The notes beneath the pieces are model-generated. The model made no database searches. It was not told where the DNA came from and was given only the letters and a program-made list of their open reading frames with translations. 64,000 nucleotides of DNA from an uncultured Bacteroidia bacterium (GTDB lineage Bacteria; Bacteroidota; Bacteroidia; J057; CALLMJ01), in assembly GCA_964493765.1 (NCBI GenBank), contig CAZBPK010000131.1, positions 19,875 through 83,874 on the forward strand, in the 5' to 3' direction. How positions within the stretch are numbered: the first letter of the stretch is position 1; the number at the start of each line of letters is the position of its first letter. Positions 18,777-27,480 of this stretch are shown piece after piece. A program made the translations under genes and the position numbers.

Positions 18777-19760
18777 ATGGGATTATTTGATTTTTTTAAA
18801 AAAAATAAAAAAGAAGAACAAAATCAATTAGATAAAGGTCTTGAAAAAACAAAAACCGGTTTTTTTGCAAAACTTACTAAACTTATAATAGGAAAATCCA
18901 CAATTGATGATGATGTTTTAGACCAATTAGAAGAAATTTTAATTTTAAGTGATGTAGGTGTTGATACAACCATAAAGATTATTAACAAAATCAGAGATAG
19001 AGTTGCAAAAGAAAAATACTCCACAACTGCTGAATTAGACCGTATTCTAAAAGAAGAAATTGAAAATTTATTATACGAAAATCAAGAAAAAAAATATAAT
19101 TTTGATATTGAACCACAGATTCATAATGGAAAAAAAGTACCCTATGTGATTATGGTGGTTGGAGTAAATGGAGTTGGAAAAACTACTACCATAGGCAAGC
19201 TTTCCAATCGTTTTAAAGAAGCAGGATATAAGGTAATGATTGGAGCAGCAGATACTTACAGAGCCGCTGCTGTGGACCAGCTAAAAATATGGGCAGAAAG
19301 AGTTGGGGTGCCAATTGTGGATAAAGGAATGGGTGCAGATCCTGCATCTGTTGCTTATGAAACCGTAAAAAAAGCTATTCAGGAAGAAGTAGATGTAGTT
19401 TTAGTAGATACCGCTGGTCGTTTACATAATAAAATTAACTTAATGAATGAGCTTTCAAAAATTAAAAGGGTTATGTCCAGAGATATACCTAATGCTCCTC
19501 ATGAAGTTTTGTTAGTTTTAGATGCTTCTACAGGTCAAAATGCAATTATACAAGCTCAAGAGTTCACTAAAGCTACTGAAGTTTCTGCTTTAGCTTTAAC
19601 AAAATTAGATGGAACTGCCAAAGGTGGTGTCGTAATAGGTATTAGTGATATGTTCCAAATTCCTGTAAAATATATCGGTGTGGGTGAAGGAATTAATGAT
19701 TTACAATTGTTTAACCCCAAAACTTTTGTAGATACCTTTTTTCATCAATCAAAAAACTAA
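18777..19760 (+). CDS. ftsY: Signal recognition particle receptor FtsY
   Basis: SRP GTPase motifs GVNGVGKTTTIGKL, DTAGR and TKLDGTAKGG. Confidence 0.95.
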   Translation: MGLFDFFKKNKKEEQNQLDKGLEKTKTGFFAKLTKLIIGKSTIDDDVLDQLEEILILSDVGVDTTIKIINKIRDRVAKEKYSTTAELDRILKEEIENLLYENQEKKYNFDIEPQIHNGKKVPYVIMVVGVNGVGKTTTIGKLSNRFKEAGYKVMIGAADTYRAAAVDQLKIWAERVGVPIVDKGMGADPASVAYETVKKAIQEEVDVVLVDTAGRLHNKINLMNELSKIKRVMSRDIPNAPHEVLLVLDASTGQNAIIQAQEFTKATEVSALALTKLDGTAKGGVVIGISDMFQIPVKYIGVGEGINDLQLFNPKTFVDTFFHQSKN

Positions 19761-19777
19761 TTCAATTTTTTTATCAA

Positions 19778-21118
19778 GTGTCTGAATTTAAAACCAATAA
19801 GCTTAATTTATTTTCCGCTACCAACTTAGTGGTTGCAAACATTATAGGTGCAGGAATTTTCACCATTTCGGGTTATACATTAGGAAGTGTTCCATCGGTT
19901 TTTGGATTATTATTTATATGGTTTATCGGTGGAATTTTAGCTTTATGTGGTGCATTAGTTTATGGAGAATTAACTTCTATCATGCCTAAATCAGGTGGTG
20001 AATATTATTATTTAAGCAGAATTTATCACCCAATATTTGGATTTTTATCCGGATTTATTTCATTAACGGCTGGTTTTGCTGCACCTGTTGCTGCAGCTTC
20101 ATTAGCGTTTGGAAAATATTTAAGTGCTGTGATTTATGGTCAATCTGATGACTTTTTAACCAAAATCTTGGCAATTTTTATAATTATTACTCTGTCTATT
20201 ATTCATTCCACTAGCCTAAATTTAGGTTCTAAAATTCAAAATGTTTTAACAGCTATCAAAGTTACATTGCTTTTGTTTTTTGTTATTTCTGGATTATTGA
20301 TTACTCCTAATCCTCAAAATATCAGCATTTTACCAAAATTAGAAGATTGGAGTTTAATATTGTCATCTGGATTTGCTATCAGCTTAATTTATATATCATT
20401 TGCTTATTCTGGTTGGAATGCTGCTGCATACATGTCCGAAGAAGTGGAAAATCCTCAAAAAAATGTGCCTAAAGCACTTTTTACCGGTACTATTATAGTG
20501 ATGGCTTTATATCTTTTAGTAAATTTTGTTTTTGTTTATAGTTCTTCTATTCCTGATTTACAATTTAAAGCGGAAGTAGGTGATGTAGCCGCTAGAAACA
20601 TTTTTGGTGAACAGGGTGGAAGGATTGTAAGTACCATGATAGCTTTAGCTTTGACTTCATCAATAAGTGCCATGATAATGGCAGGTCCTCGTGTCATACA
20701 AGCCATGGGCAAAGATTTTCCAATATTTGGTACTTTTGCTCAAAATAACAACAATGGTATTCCTTTTTTTGCTATCTTAGCTCAATCCACTATTTCTATT
20801 TTGGTAGTTTTAAGCTCAGAGTTGAGTAATATCTTGAACTACATTGGTTTTACTTTGAGCATATTTACAGTTTTTACTGTGATTGGTTTAATGATTTATC
20901 GTTTTAAGAACCCTGATTCTCAACATACTGTAAGAACACCATTCTACCCAATACCCCCTTTATTATTTTTAAGTTTATCTACTTGGATGATTGCTTACAA
21001 TCTTATTGAAAAGCCTACAGAATCTATGATTGGGTTATCAACTTTAATATTGGGAATTGCCATCTATTATTTTACTGGTCAAAATAAAATTCAGTTTCAA
21101 TCTAATAAAGAAGTTTAA
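19778..21118 (+). CDS. APC-family amino acid permease
   Basis: About 12 predicted TM helices. N-terminal IGAGIF motif. GTG start. Confidence 0.8.
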   Translation: MSEFKTNKLNLFSATNLVVANIIGAGIFTISGYTLGSVPSVFGLLFIWFIGGILALCGALVYGELTSIMPKSGGEYYYLSRIYHPIFGFLSGFISLTAGFAAPVAAASLAFGKYLSAVIYGQSDDFLTKILAIFIIITLSIIHSTSLNLGSKIQNVLTAIKVTLLLFFVISGLLITPNPQNISILPKLEDWSLILSSGFAISLIYISFAYSGWNAAAYMSEEVENPQKNVPKALFTGTIIVMALYLLVNFVFVYSSSIPDLQFKAEVGDVAARNIFGEQGGRIVSTMIALALTSSISAMIMAGPRVIQAMGKDFPIFGTFAQNNNNGIPFFAILAQSTISILVVLSSELSNILNYIGFTLSIFTVFTVIGLMIYRFKNPDSQHTVRTPFYPIPPLLFLSLSTWMIAYNLIEKPTESMIGLSTLILGIAIYYFTGQNKIQFQSNKEV

Positions 21119-21121
21119 AAC

Positions 21122-21808
21122 ATGTTTGCTCATTATAATCAATGTGTAAAAAGACCTTCCTATAATTTCGTTATGGGAGCTACGCTATTAGTGATTTATG
21201 AACTTACATTAGCCATTTTTCCAACAGGAACTGCAAATGGTGTAGATGTACTTTTTCAATCTTTTTTAAGGTTAATCCCTTTTTCAACGTTAATAATCAG
21301 CGTTTTACTCATTGTTACAGGAGTTTATTTTGTATATAATGACCGAAAGGAAGGTTTTGAATTACGCGGTGATATGATGAGTTTGATGTTTTTGGAATCT
21401 ACTTTTTGGGCATTTTTAGTTCTTTTTACTGTTCCTATGTTGGTTGGTAAACTATTGCTTCAGCAAATTGGTATTCATCAATTAAATTTTTTCCAAAAAA
21501 TTGGATTTTCTTGTGGAGCAGGTTTTTATGAAGAATTTTTCTTTAGGTTATTGTTAGTCAGTGGATTACAAACCTTTTTACAAACCAAAGGTTTTGAATC
21601 AAGAAACATTATGATCATTTTCATGGGAGCGTTTTTATTTTCTATGGCACACTATGTCGGTGCTTATGGTGATGCCTTTACCATGAATAGTTTTTTACAA
21701 CGTTTTTTCTTTGGTTTGTTTATGAATTTTTTGTTTGTTACTCGTGGATTTGGAATCACTGCATGCACTCATGCTTTGTATGATATAATTGTTTTTAATT
21801 TAAGATAA
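21122..21808 (+). CDS. CPBP-family intramembrane glutamic endopeptidase (CAAX protease-like)
   Basis: Motifs EEFFFR, FSMAH and HALYD within a polytopic membrane protein. Confidence 0.75.
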   Translation: MFAHYNQCVKRPSYNFVMGATLLVIYELTLAIFPTGTANGVDVLFQSFLRLIPFSTLIISVLLIVTGVYFVYNDRKEGFELRGDMMSLMFLESTFWAFLVLFTVPMLVGKLLLQQIGIHQLNFFQKIGFSCGAGFYEEFFFRLLLVSGLQTFLQTKGFESRNIMIIFMGAFLFSMAHYVGAYGDAFTMNSFLQRFFFGLFMNFLFVTRGFGITACTHALYDIIVFNLR

Positions 21809-21885
21809 CTTGTGAAAAGTAACCATCTTCCATTTAATTTTTTTAATAAATTTTTAATCAATATTTTTGGAACATATTTTGCTAT

Positions 21886-21893
21886 TATATTTG
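21886..21893 (+). promoter_or_regulatory. -7 promoter box TAtaTTTG
   Basis: 17 nt upstream of ATG 21910. Confidence 0.45.
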
Positions 21894-21909
21894 TCAAAAA
21901 TTCACTTGT

Positions 21910-22398
21910 ATGAAAAAATATATCCCTTATTTCTTAATAATTCTTTGGTTAGGATTTTATTCATTAACTACTGCTCAAAACAAAGAAGGTTTTGCTCAAA
22001 CATTCCCTAATTTTCAATTTGTAAAACCCAATGGAGAGCTATTTACTAATCAAAACTTACAAAAAGGAAAGGCAACCATAGTAATATTTTTTGATCCAGA
22101 TTGTGACCATTGTCAAAAACAAGCCGATTGGATAGCTGCTAGTCCTGAAAGTTTTAAAAATGCACAATTATTATGGGTATCAACTGCTGAAGCTGATGCA
22201 ATTAATATCTTTCACAAAACAAGATTTGGAAAATATCCGAATGCAGTATTTTTTGCAAAAGACAAAAACTATAAGTTTGATAGTATTTTTGGATACAGCG
22301 TCGCTCCAACAATTTTAGTATATTCTTCAACAGGTCAATTACAAAAATCCTTTAAAAATGAAGTTGCAGTAACGGAATTGGTGAAATATATAAAATAA
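21910..22398 (+). CDS. TlpA/redoxin-like thiol-disulfide oxidoreductase with signal peptide
   Basis: Thioredoxin-fold CxxC motif (FFDPDCDHCQKQ). Signal peptide ending TTAQ. Confidence 0.75.
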   Translation: MKKYIPYFLIILWLGFYSLTTAQNKEGFAQTFPNFQFVKPNGELFTNQNLQKGKATIVIFFDPDCDHCQKQADWIAASPESFKNAQLLWVSTAEADAINIFHKTRFGKYPNAVFFAKDKNYKFDSIFGYSVAPTILVYSSTGQLQKSFKNEVAVTELVKYIK

Positions 22399-22430
22399 TT
22401 TTGGCTGTATTTCTAGCGATTCTCAAAATT

Positions 22431-22462
22431 GAAATGGGTTGTCAAAATAGACAACCCATTTC
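22431..22462. terminator. 13-bp perfect stem-loop between convergent genes
   Basis: GAAATGGGTTGTC-aaaata-GACAACCCATTTC, 33 nt after stop 22398. The flanking T-run is poor, so function as an intrinsic terminator is uncertain. Confidence 0.45.
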
Positions 22463-22504
22463 AATTTCTATAAAAAACATTCCTAAAATTACAGTTATGA
22501 CATA

Positions 22505-22534
22505 TAAAAAAATCCCTACTAAACTTTAGTAGGG
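22505..22534 (-). terminator. Rho-independent terminator of lysS
   Basis: On the minus strand: CCCTACTAAAGTTTAGTAGGG hairpin followed by ATTTTTTT, 22 nt after the lysS stop. Confidence 0.65.
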
Positions 22535-22556
22535 AATAATTGAGAGCAATTTGTAT

Positions 22557-24230
22557 TTAATCAAACCAAGCTGATATAAACTCAAGAGAAACATCAGGAT
22601 GATGTTCTTTGAGTTTTTCATAAATATCATTTGGTGTTTGATTCATAATCATAGTTGAATTCAAGAAACCTGCTTTTATTAGCAATTCTTGATACTCGGG
22701 AGAAATTAATAATCCTTTGAATGGATTGTTAGTGGGCTCTGGTTTCATGTGAGGGAAAAATAAAACATCTTGAATAGAATGTTGATTGGTCATAATCATG
22801 GTGAGCCTATCTATACCCACACCCAAACCAGCAGTTGGAGGCATTCCATATTCTAAAGCACGAAGAAAATCTTCATCAAGTTCCATAGCTTCTTCGTCGC
22901 CTCTTTCTTTTAATTTTAATTGTTCTAAAAATCTTTCTCTTTGGTCGATAGGGTCATTTAATTCTGAATAAGCATTGCAGATTTCCTTTCCATTACATAT
23001 TACCTCAAAACGCTCTACAAGTCCGGGTTTAGAGCGATGCTTTTTTGCTAATGGGCTCATTTCTAATGGATAATCTAGAATAAAAGTAGGTTGAATTAAT
23101 TTGGGTTCTACATATTCTCCAAAAATTTCGTCAATTAATCTACCTCTATCCATGGAATCATCAGTTTCAATTTTGAGTTGATGAGCAACATTTCGTACAC
23201 CTGCTTCATCTAATTCAGATATATCATGTCCAGTATATTCCTGTATAGCTTCATACATGGTGTAACGTTTCCAAGGGCGTTTAAAATCAATTACATTAGT
23301 ACCCACTTGAACTTGAGTAGTACCATGTAAATCTAAAGCAATCCTTTCCACCATTTCTTCTACTAAGTCCATCATCCACAAATAATCTTTATAGGCTACG
23401 TAAAGTTCAACTTGTGTAAATTCAGGATTATGAAAACGGGACATTCCCTCATTTCTGAAGTCTTTAGAAAATTCATAAACACCATCAAAACCGCCTACAA
23501 TTAATCTTTTGAGATATAATTCATTAGCAATTCTTAAATAAAGAGTTGTGTCTAAAGCATTATGATGAGTTTTGAAAGGTCTTGCTGCTGCACCTCCATG
23601 AATGGGCTGTAATATTGGTGTTTCTACTTCCAAATAGCCTTTGTTATTTAGATAATTACGGATTGAATTTACTAATTTTGTTCGTTTAATAAATACATCT
23701 TTCACTTGAGGGTGAACAATCATATCCAAATAACGCATTCGATAGCGCAGTTCTAAATCAGAAAAAACATCAAATATTTTGCCATCTTTTTCTTTAGGTA
23801 TAGGAATAGGTTTTAAAGTTTTGGATAGAATTTGAAATTTAGAAACATGAATAGAGGTTTCACCAGTTTTAGTTTTAAATACATATCCCTCAACTCCAAC
23901 AATATCTCCAAGCGAAGTTAATTTTTTAAATATATCTTCATAAATACTTTCTACTTGTAGTTCTTTAACAGAATCTTTACTGATATAAATTTGAATTTTT
24001 CCTGTAGAATCTTGAAGGGTGGCAAATGCTGCTTTACCCATTATTCTTTTGGTCATAATTCTACCAGCAACACTTACAACTTGTTTCTTTTCTATAAAAA
24101 CTTCATGATTTTCATGAATTTCTTTGGAATGGTGAGTAACAACAAATTCATCTGCTGGATAAGGATTAACCCCTTTTTCTATTAACTCTTTTAGTTCTGC
24201 TCTACGAACTAATTCCTGATCACTTAACAT
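22557..24230 (-). CDS. lysS: Lysyl-tRNA synthetase (class II) with C-terminal extension
   Basis: OB-fold N-terminal domain and class II motifs ([14 protein letters not shown]). About 55 extra C-terminal residues. Confidence 0.95.
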   Translation of the reverse strand: MLSDQELVRRAELKELIEKGVNPYPADEFVVTHHSKEIHENHEVFIEKKQVVSVAGRIMTKRIMGKAAFATLQDSTGKIQIYISKDSVKELQVESIYEDIFKKLTSLGDIVGVEGYVFKTKTGETSIHVSKFQILSKTLKPIPIPKEKDGKIFDVFSDLELRYRMRYLDMIVHPQVKDVFIKRTKLVNSIRNYLNNKGYLEVETPILQPIHGGAAARPFKTHHNALDTTLYLRIANELYLKRLIVGGFDGVYEFSKDFRNEGMSRFHNPEFTQVELYVAYKDYLWMMDLVEEMVERIALDLHGTTQVQVGTNVIDFKRPWKRYTMYEAIQEYTGHDISELDEAGVRNVAHQLKIETDDSMDRGRLIDEIFGEYVEPKLIQPTFILDYPLEMSPLAKKHRSKPGLVERFEVICNGKEICNAYSELNDPIDQRERFLEQLKLKERGDEEAMELDEDFLRALEYGMPPTAGLGVGIDRLTMIMTNQHSIQDVLFFPHMKPEPTNNPFKGLLISPEYQELLIKAGFLNSTMIMNQTPNDIYEKLKEHHPDVSLEFISAWFD

Positions 24231-24339
24231 CTCTATTTTCCTATAACAAATTATTGCAAATTTCGTTTAAAAAAATCATTAAAACAATTTTTTTTCGTAA
24301 TTTCAGAATGATATTTTTTATAATTAGCCAAAAAAGTTA

Positions 24340-24347
24340 TAATTTTG
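24340..24347 (+). promoter_or_regulatory. -7 promoter box TAatTTTG
   Basis: 17 nt upstream of ATG 24364. Confidence 0.45.
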
Positions 24348-24363
24348 GGATAAATTTTAAGTC

Positions 24364-25044
24364 ATGAAAATAACCAAAAATTTATTTTATTTTCTTTTTG
24401 TAACCAGTTTGATAATTGGAATAGCATTATTTTTTGATATTTTTAATTATCAACCAAGACAAAATTTAATTATGGCTTTTAAAGCATTTCAAAAAAAAGA
24501 TATTCACGAATTTGAAAAATATGCTGATTTAGACAGTGTTTCTATGTCATTAATTGACGAACTTTTTGTTTTAGAGAAGGATTTAGTGGGTGAATCCATT
24601 TATGATATTTTAACCATGCTTCATGGAAGCCCTAATGGAAAGCCATTAGTAAAAAAAGCAGTAGCAAAAGGATTAAAAGAAGCAGTTAAAATCGCAATAA
24701 AAAATAATCACGTGGAAGAAAAACATCCTAAAAATTTTGGATTTGGCGATGTGATTTCTGTGAAAGAAAAAGAAAAAGTGAATGATGCTTTAGTTCTAAC
24801 TTATACGTTTAAACATCATACCCAAGATTTACCGGTTCATTTTAGAATGAGAAAAATTAATGGTGAATGGAAACTTGTAGGAATAACTCATTTTAAAGAT
24901 GCTATAAAAGTTTATAATCCATTAAGAAAGAAAACTGCTGAAGAAAAAGAAGAAAGAAAAAAACAAAAAGAAGAGAAAAAGAAAAACAAAAACAAACAAC
25001 ATCATGATAATTCCTCTAATGAAACTTCATCAGAAGATGTTTAA
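24364..25044 (+). CDS. Membrane-anchored hypothetical protein with Lys/Glu-rich tail
   Basis: N-terminal TM helix and a C-terminal EEKEERKKQKEEKKKNKNK low-complexity region. Confidence 0.5.
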   Translation: MKITKNLFYFLFVTSLIIGIALFFDIFNYQPRQNLIMAFKAFQKKDIHEFEKYADLDSVSMSLIDELFVLEKDLVGESIYDILTMLHGSPNGKPLVKKAVAKGLKEAVKIAIKNNHVEEKHPKNFGFGDVISVKEKEKVNDALVLTYTFKHHTQDLPVHFRMRKINGEWKLVGITHFKDAIKVYNPLRKKTAEEKEERKKQKEEKKKNKNKQHHDNSSNETSSEDV

Positions 25045-25048
25045 TTTT

Positions 25049-25390
25049 TTACTTTTTTAATCCATATTCATTTTTTGATAACCATTCTTTAACTTTGGTA
25101 ACCAAATCTCCTTGAAGCCATATTTGAGATTCTTGAATACTTCCACCCACACCAAATTGCGATTTTAGCTTTTTGGATAAGCACTCTAAATCTTCTAAAT
25201 TTCCTATAAAATTATCAATAATTGTGATTTTTTTCCCCGGCTTGATTTTGGTATCTAAAAAAACTTTAAGTTTTTGTTTTTGTGGAATTAACGTTTCAAT
25301 GGTTTCCACTGAATCTTGATTTTCAAGCTCTTTCATAAAGTCAGTATTCGTTGAATAGACAAAACCATTTTGAGAAGTCTTTTTTTTCAT
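25049..25390 (-). CDS. yciH: SUI1/YciH-family translation initiation factor
   Basis: 113 aa. KKITIIDNF...LSKKLKSQFGVGGS...LQGD is characteristic of the SUI1 fold. Confidence 0.8.
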   Translation of the reverse strand: MKKKTSQNGFVYSTNTDFMKELENQDSVETIETLIPQKQKLKVFLDTKIKPGKKITIIDNFIGNLEDLECLSKKLKSQFGVGGSIQESQIWLQGDLVTKVKEWLSKNEYGLKK

Positions 25391-25408
25391 CTGAATATGT
25401 GTTTAATG

Positions 25409-25416
25409 CAAAATTA
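25409..25416 (-). promoter_or_regulatory. -7 promoter box TAatTTTG (minus strand)
   Basis: Plus-strand CAAAATTA, 19 nt upstream of ATG 25390. Confidence 0.45.
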
Positions 25417-25472
25417 GAAAATAATTTTAATGATAATTTTCTTTTAGCTTTAAATGTTAGAATTGAAAAATA

Positions 25473-26153
25473 TCAATTATCGTTACTTGTAGATTCTTTG
25501 ATTTCGGTAAAACTTATAGTCAATAAATCAAATGTTTCAAAGAGCGTTTTTAAATCAGGATTTTCTTGAAAAAACTTATGAATTTTTTGCTCTGTTGAAT
25601 TCGGTGAGTTTAAAAACGCTTGAGCTTTAGAAGGGTCTATAACAATATTCAATTGAACAGTAGGATTATTCAATAAATTTCGTACATGATTTAAAATTTC
25701 ATCTTTTGAGTTTTCCAAACTTTGTTTTTCAAAATTATTAAAAACCACTTGTTGCCAAATATTTTCATGAACCGTATAATCCTGCCTATCTAAAATGGTA
25801 CGAATACTTTGCTTAGATTCTATAAATTTTAATAAATTTTGATAAGCAGCATCAAAAGCATCTTTTTTTATTGGAACAGGTTTATAGTTAATAATTTCTT
25901 CTTCTACTTTGTTTTCCTTTACTAACTCTACTTTTTTGTCAATATCTTCAAGACTTTTAATGGAGGAAAGTGGAGAAAAAGAATGTAAAGGATTTTTAAA
26001 TGATGGATTAATTTTGGGATTTTTTTCTTGAATAGTTGGGTTTTCTACTATGTTCGTAGAAGTATTTTCAATTTTTTGAATATTTTGGGTAATCTCTTCA
26101 TTTTTTTGAGGAGTTGAAGAGAGGGTTGTATTACTTAAACTACTTTTTTTTTT
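25473..26153 (-). CDS. dnaX: dnaX tau-specific C-terminal extension, readable only in the -1 frame relative to the dnaX core
   Basis: I checked every codon by hand. The -1 frame is open from 26165 to the TGA at 25473-25475 (230 sense codons), with no ATG/GTG/TTG in its first 139 codons. It opens 4 codons before the A10 run. Translation: KKKSSLSNTTLSSTPQKNEE...SPLSSIKSLEDIDKK... Confidence 0.7.
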   Translation of the reverse strand, partial: KKKSSLSNTTLSSTPQKNEEITQNIQKIENTSTNIVENPTIQEKNPKINPSFKNPLHSFSPLSSIKSLEDIDKKVELVKENKVEEEIINYKPVPIKKDAFDAAYQNLLKFIESKQSIRTILDRQDYTVHENIWQQVVFNNFEKQSLENSKDEILNHVRNLLNNPTVQLNIVIDPSKAQAFLNSPNSTEQKIHKFFQENPDLKTLFETFDLLTISFTEIKESTSNDN

Positions 26154-27304
26154 AGTTGTAGTTCGTCATTGTCCATGATTAACTGAATGGCATTCCACAA
26201 ATTGGATAATTTAATCAACAAAAGTTCAACCAACAAATTAGGAGATTGAGAACTACGAATTTTTTGTTCAACTTCAGTAACTAACTGAAAAGCATTGATT
26301 AAATAACTTTCTGAGAAAGCTTGGGATTGCTGGATATAATTTTTTTTATGTAAATCTGTAACTTCCATCAACTTCATGGTTTCAGGATTTTTAGAAACAA
26401 TTAAATTTCTAACATGCTCTAATAAACCAGTAACAAAAGTAACAGAGTCAAAACCTTTTTCTAAAATTTGATTAAAAAGTAAAATGGCATTTTTGTAATT
26501 TCTTTGATGGATATAAGAGAAAATTTCAAAATAAATATCTTCATCTAAGATACTCAAATTTTCATGAACAATTTTTAAGGTTACATTTTTTTTAGAGAAA
26601 TTGACGACTTGGTCAAATATACTCAGTGCATCTCTTAAACCACCATCAGCTTTAATAGCAATCAATTGTAAAGCATCTAACTCATATTGAACATTTTCTT
26701 TTTCAGCAATGGATTTTAGATGATTAGTGATATAATCTACTTTAATACGTTTAAAATCAAATTTTTGGCAACGAGAAAGAATGGTAGGTAAAATTTTATG
26801 TTTTTCAGTTGTAGCTAAAATAAAGAGGGCATGAGGAGGTGGTTCTTCAAGAGTTTTCAAAAAGGCATTAAATGCAGCTGTACTCAACATATGAACCTCA
26901 TCAATGATATATACACTTTTTGTACCCATTTGCGGTGCAACTCTTACACTATCAATTAATGAACGAATATCTTCTACACTATTATTAGAAGCAGCGTCTA
27001 ATTCAAAAATGTTTAAACTTCTGTTTTCATTAAATGCTTTACAACTATCACATTCATTACAGGGATCTCCTTCTGGTGTAAGATGAAAACAATTAATAGC
27101 TTTTGCCAAAATTCTTGCACAAGTAGTTTTACCCACACCTCTTGGACCACAAAATAAAAAAGCATGTGCCAACTGATGAGTAAGCAAAGCATTCCTTAAA
27201 GTATCTGTAACATGCTCTTGCCCAACCACCGTTGAAAATGTACCTGGTCTATATTTTCTTGCTGAGACAACAAAGTTTTCCATCTCGTTACAAAAGTATA
27301 ACAA
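26135..27304 (-). CDS. dnaX: DNA polymerase III subunit gamma/tau, zero-frame (gamma-like) product
   Basis: Walker A GPRGVGKTT, Zn module CNECDSC and SRC motif LSRCQKF. The true start is probably ATG 27283 (MENFVVSARKYRPGTF), because a -7 box sits at 27291-27298, downstream of the TTG at 27304. Confidence 0.9.
   Translation of the reverse strand: MLYFCNEMENFVVSARKYRPGTFSTVVGQEHVTDTLRNALLTHQLAHAFLFCGPRGVGKTTCARILAKAINCFHLTPEGDPCNECDSCKAFNENRSLNIFELDAASNNSVEDIRSLIDSVRVAPQMGTKSVYIIDEVHMLSTAAFNAFLKTLEEPPPHALFILATTEKHKILPTILSRCQKFDFKRIKVDYITNHLKSIAEKENVQYELDALQLIAIKADGGLRDALSIFDQVVNFSKKNVTLKIVHENLSILDEDIYFEIFSYIHQRNYKNAILLFNQILEKGFDSVTFVTGLLEHVRNLIVSKNPETMKLMEVTDLHKKNYIQQSQAFSESYLINAFQLVTEVEQKIRSSQSPNLLVELLLIKLSNLWNAIQLIMDNDELQLKKKVV
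26144..26153 (-). promoter_or_regulatory. dnaX: A10 homopolymer: candidate -1 ribosomal frameshift / transcriptional slippage site in dnaX
   Basis: Minus strand CTA AAA AAA AAA GTA GTT TAA. The zero frame stops 2 codons after the run, and the -1 frame continues for 227 codons. An 8-bp stem TCTCTTCA/TGAAGAGA (26115-26122 / 26093-26100) lies 21 nt downstream. Confidence 0.6.
27291..27298 (-). promoter_or_regulatory. -7 promoter box TActTTTG (minus strand)
   Basis: Plus-strand CAAAAGTA, 8 nt upstream of ATG 27283. Implies a near-leaderless dnaX mRNA. Confidence 0.4.
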
Positions 27305-27462
27305 AAATTTGAACCAATAAAATTCAGTTTTCTACATTTTATATTTTAACTAAAAGCACATAGTGCATGATTTTTTCTAAATCTCTACGCTAAAGCTAGC
27401 ATTAACTTTTATTAGGAATTGTCAAATTTAATTTTGCCTTAATTATGAATAACAAAATCCTA

Positions 27463-27470
27463 TAATTTTG
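27463..27470 (+). promoter_or_regulatory. -7 promoter box TAatTTTG
   Basis: 11 nt upstream of ATG 27481. Confidence 0.45.
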
Positions 27471-27480
27471 GACACTAAAA

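Noticed and set aside
25473-25748. 91-aa ORF called as an independent gene
   Set aside because: The same frame is open for another 139 codons upstream with no start codon, and it joins the dnaX A10 run. It is the C-terminal part of tau, not a separate gene.
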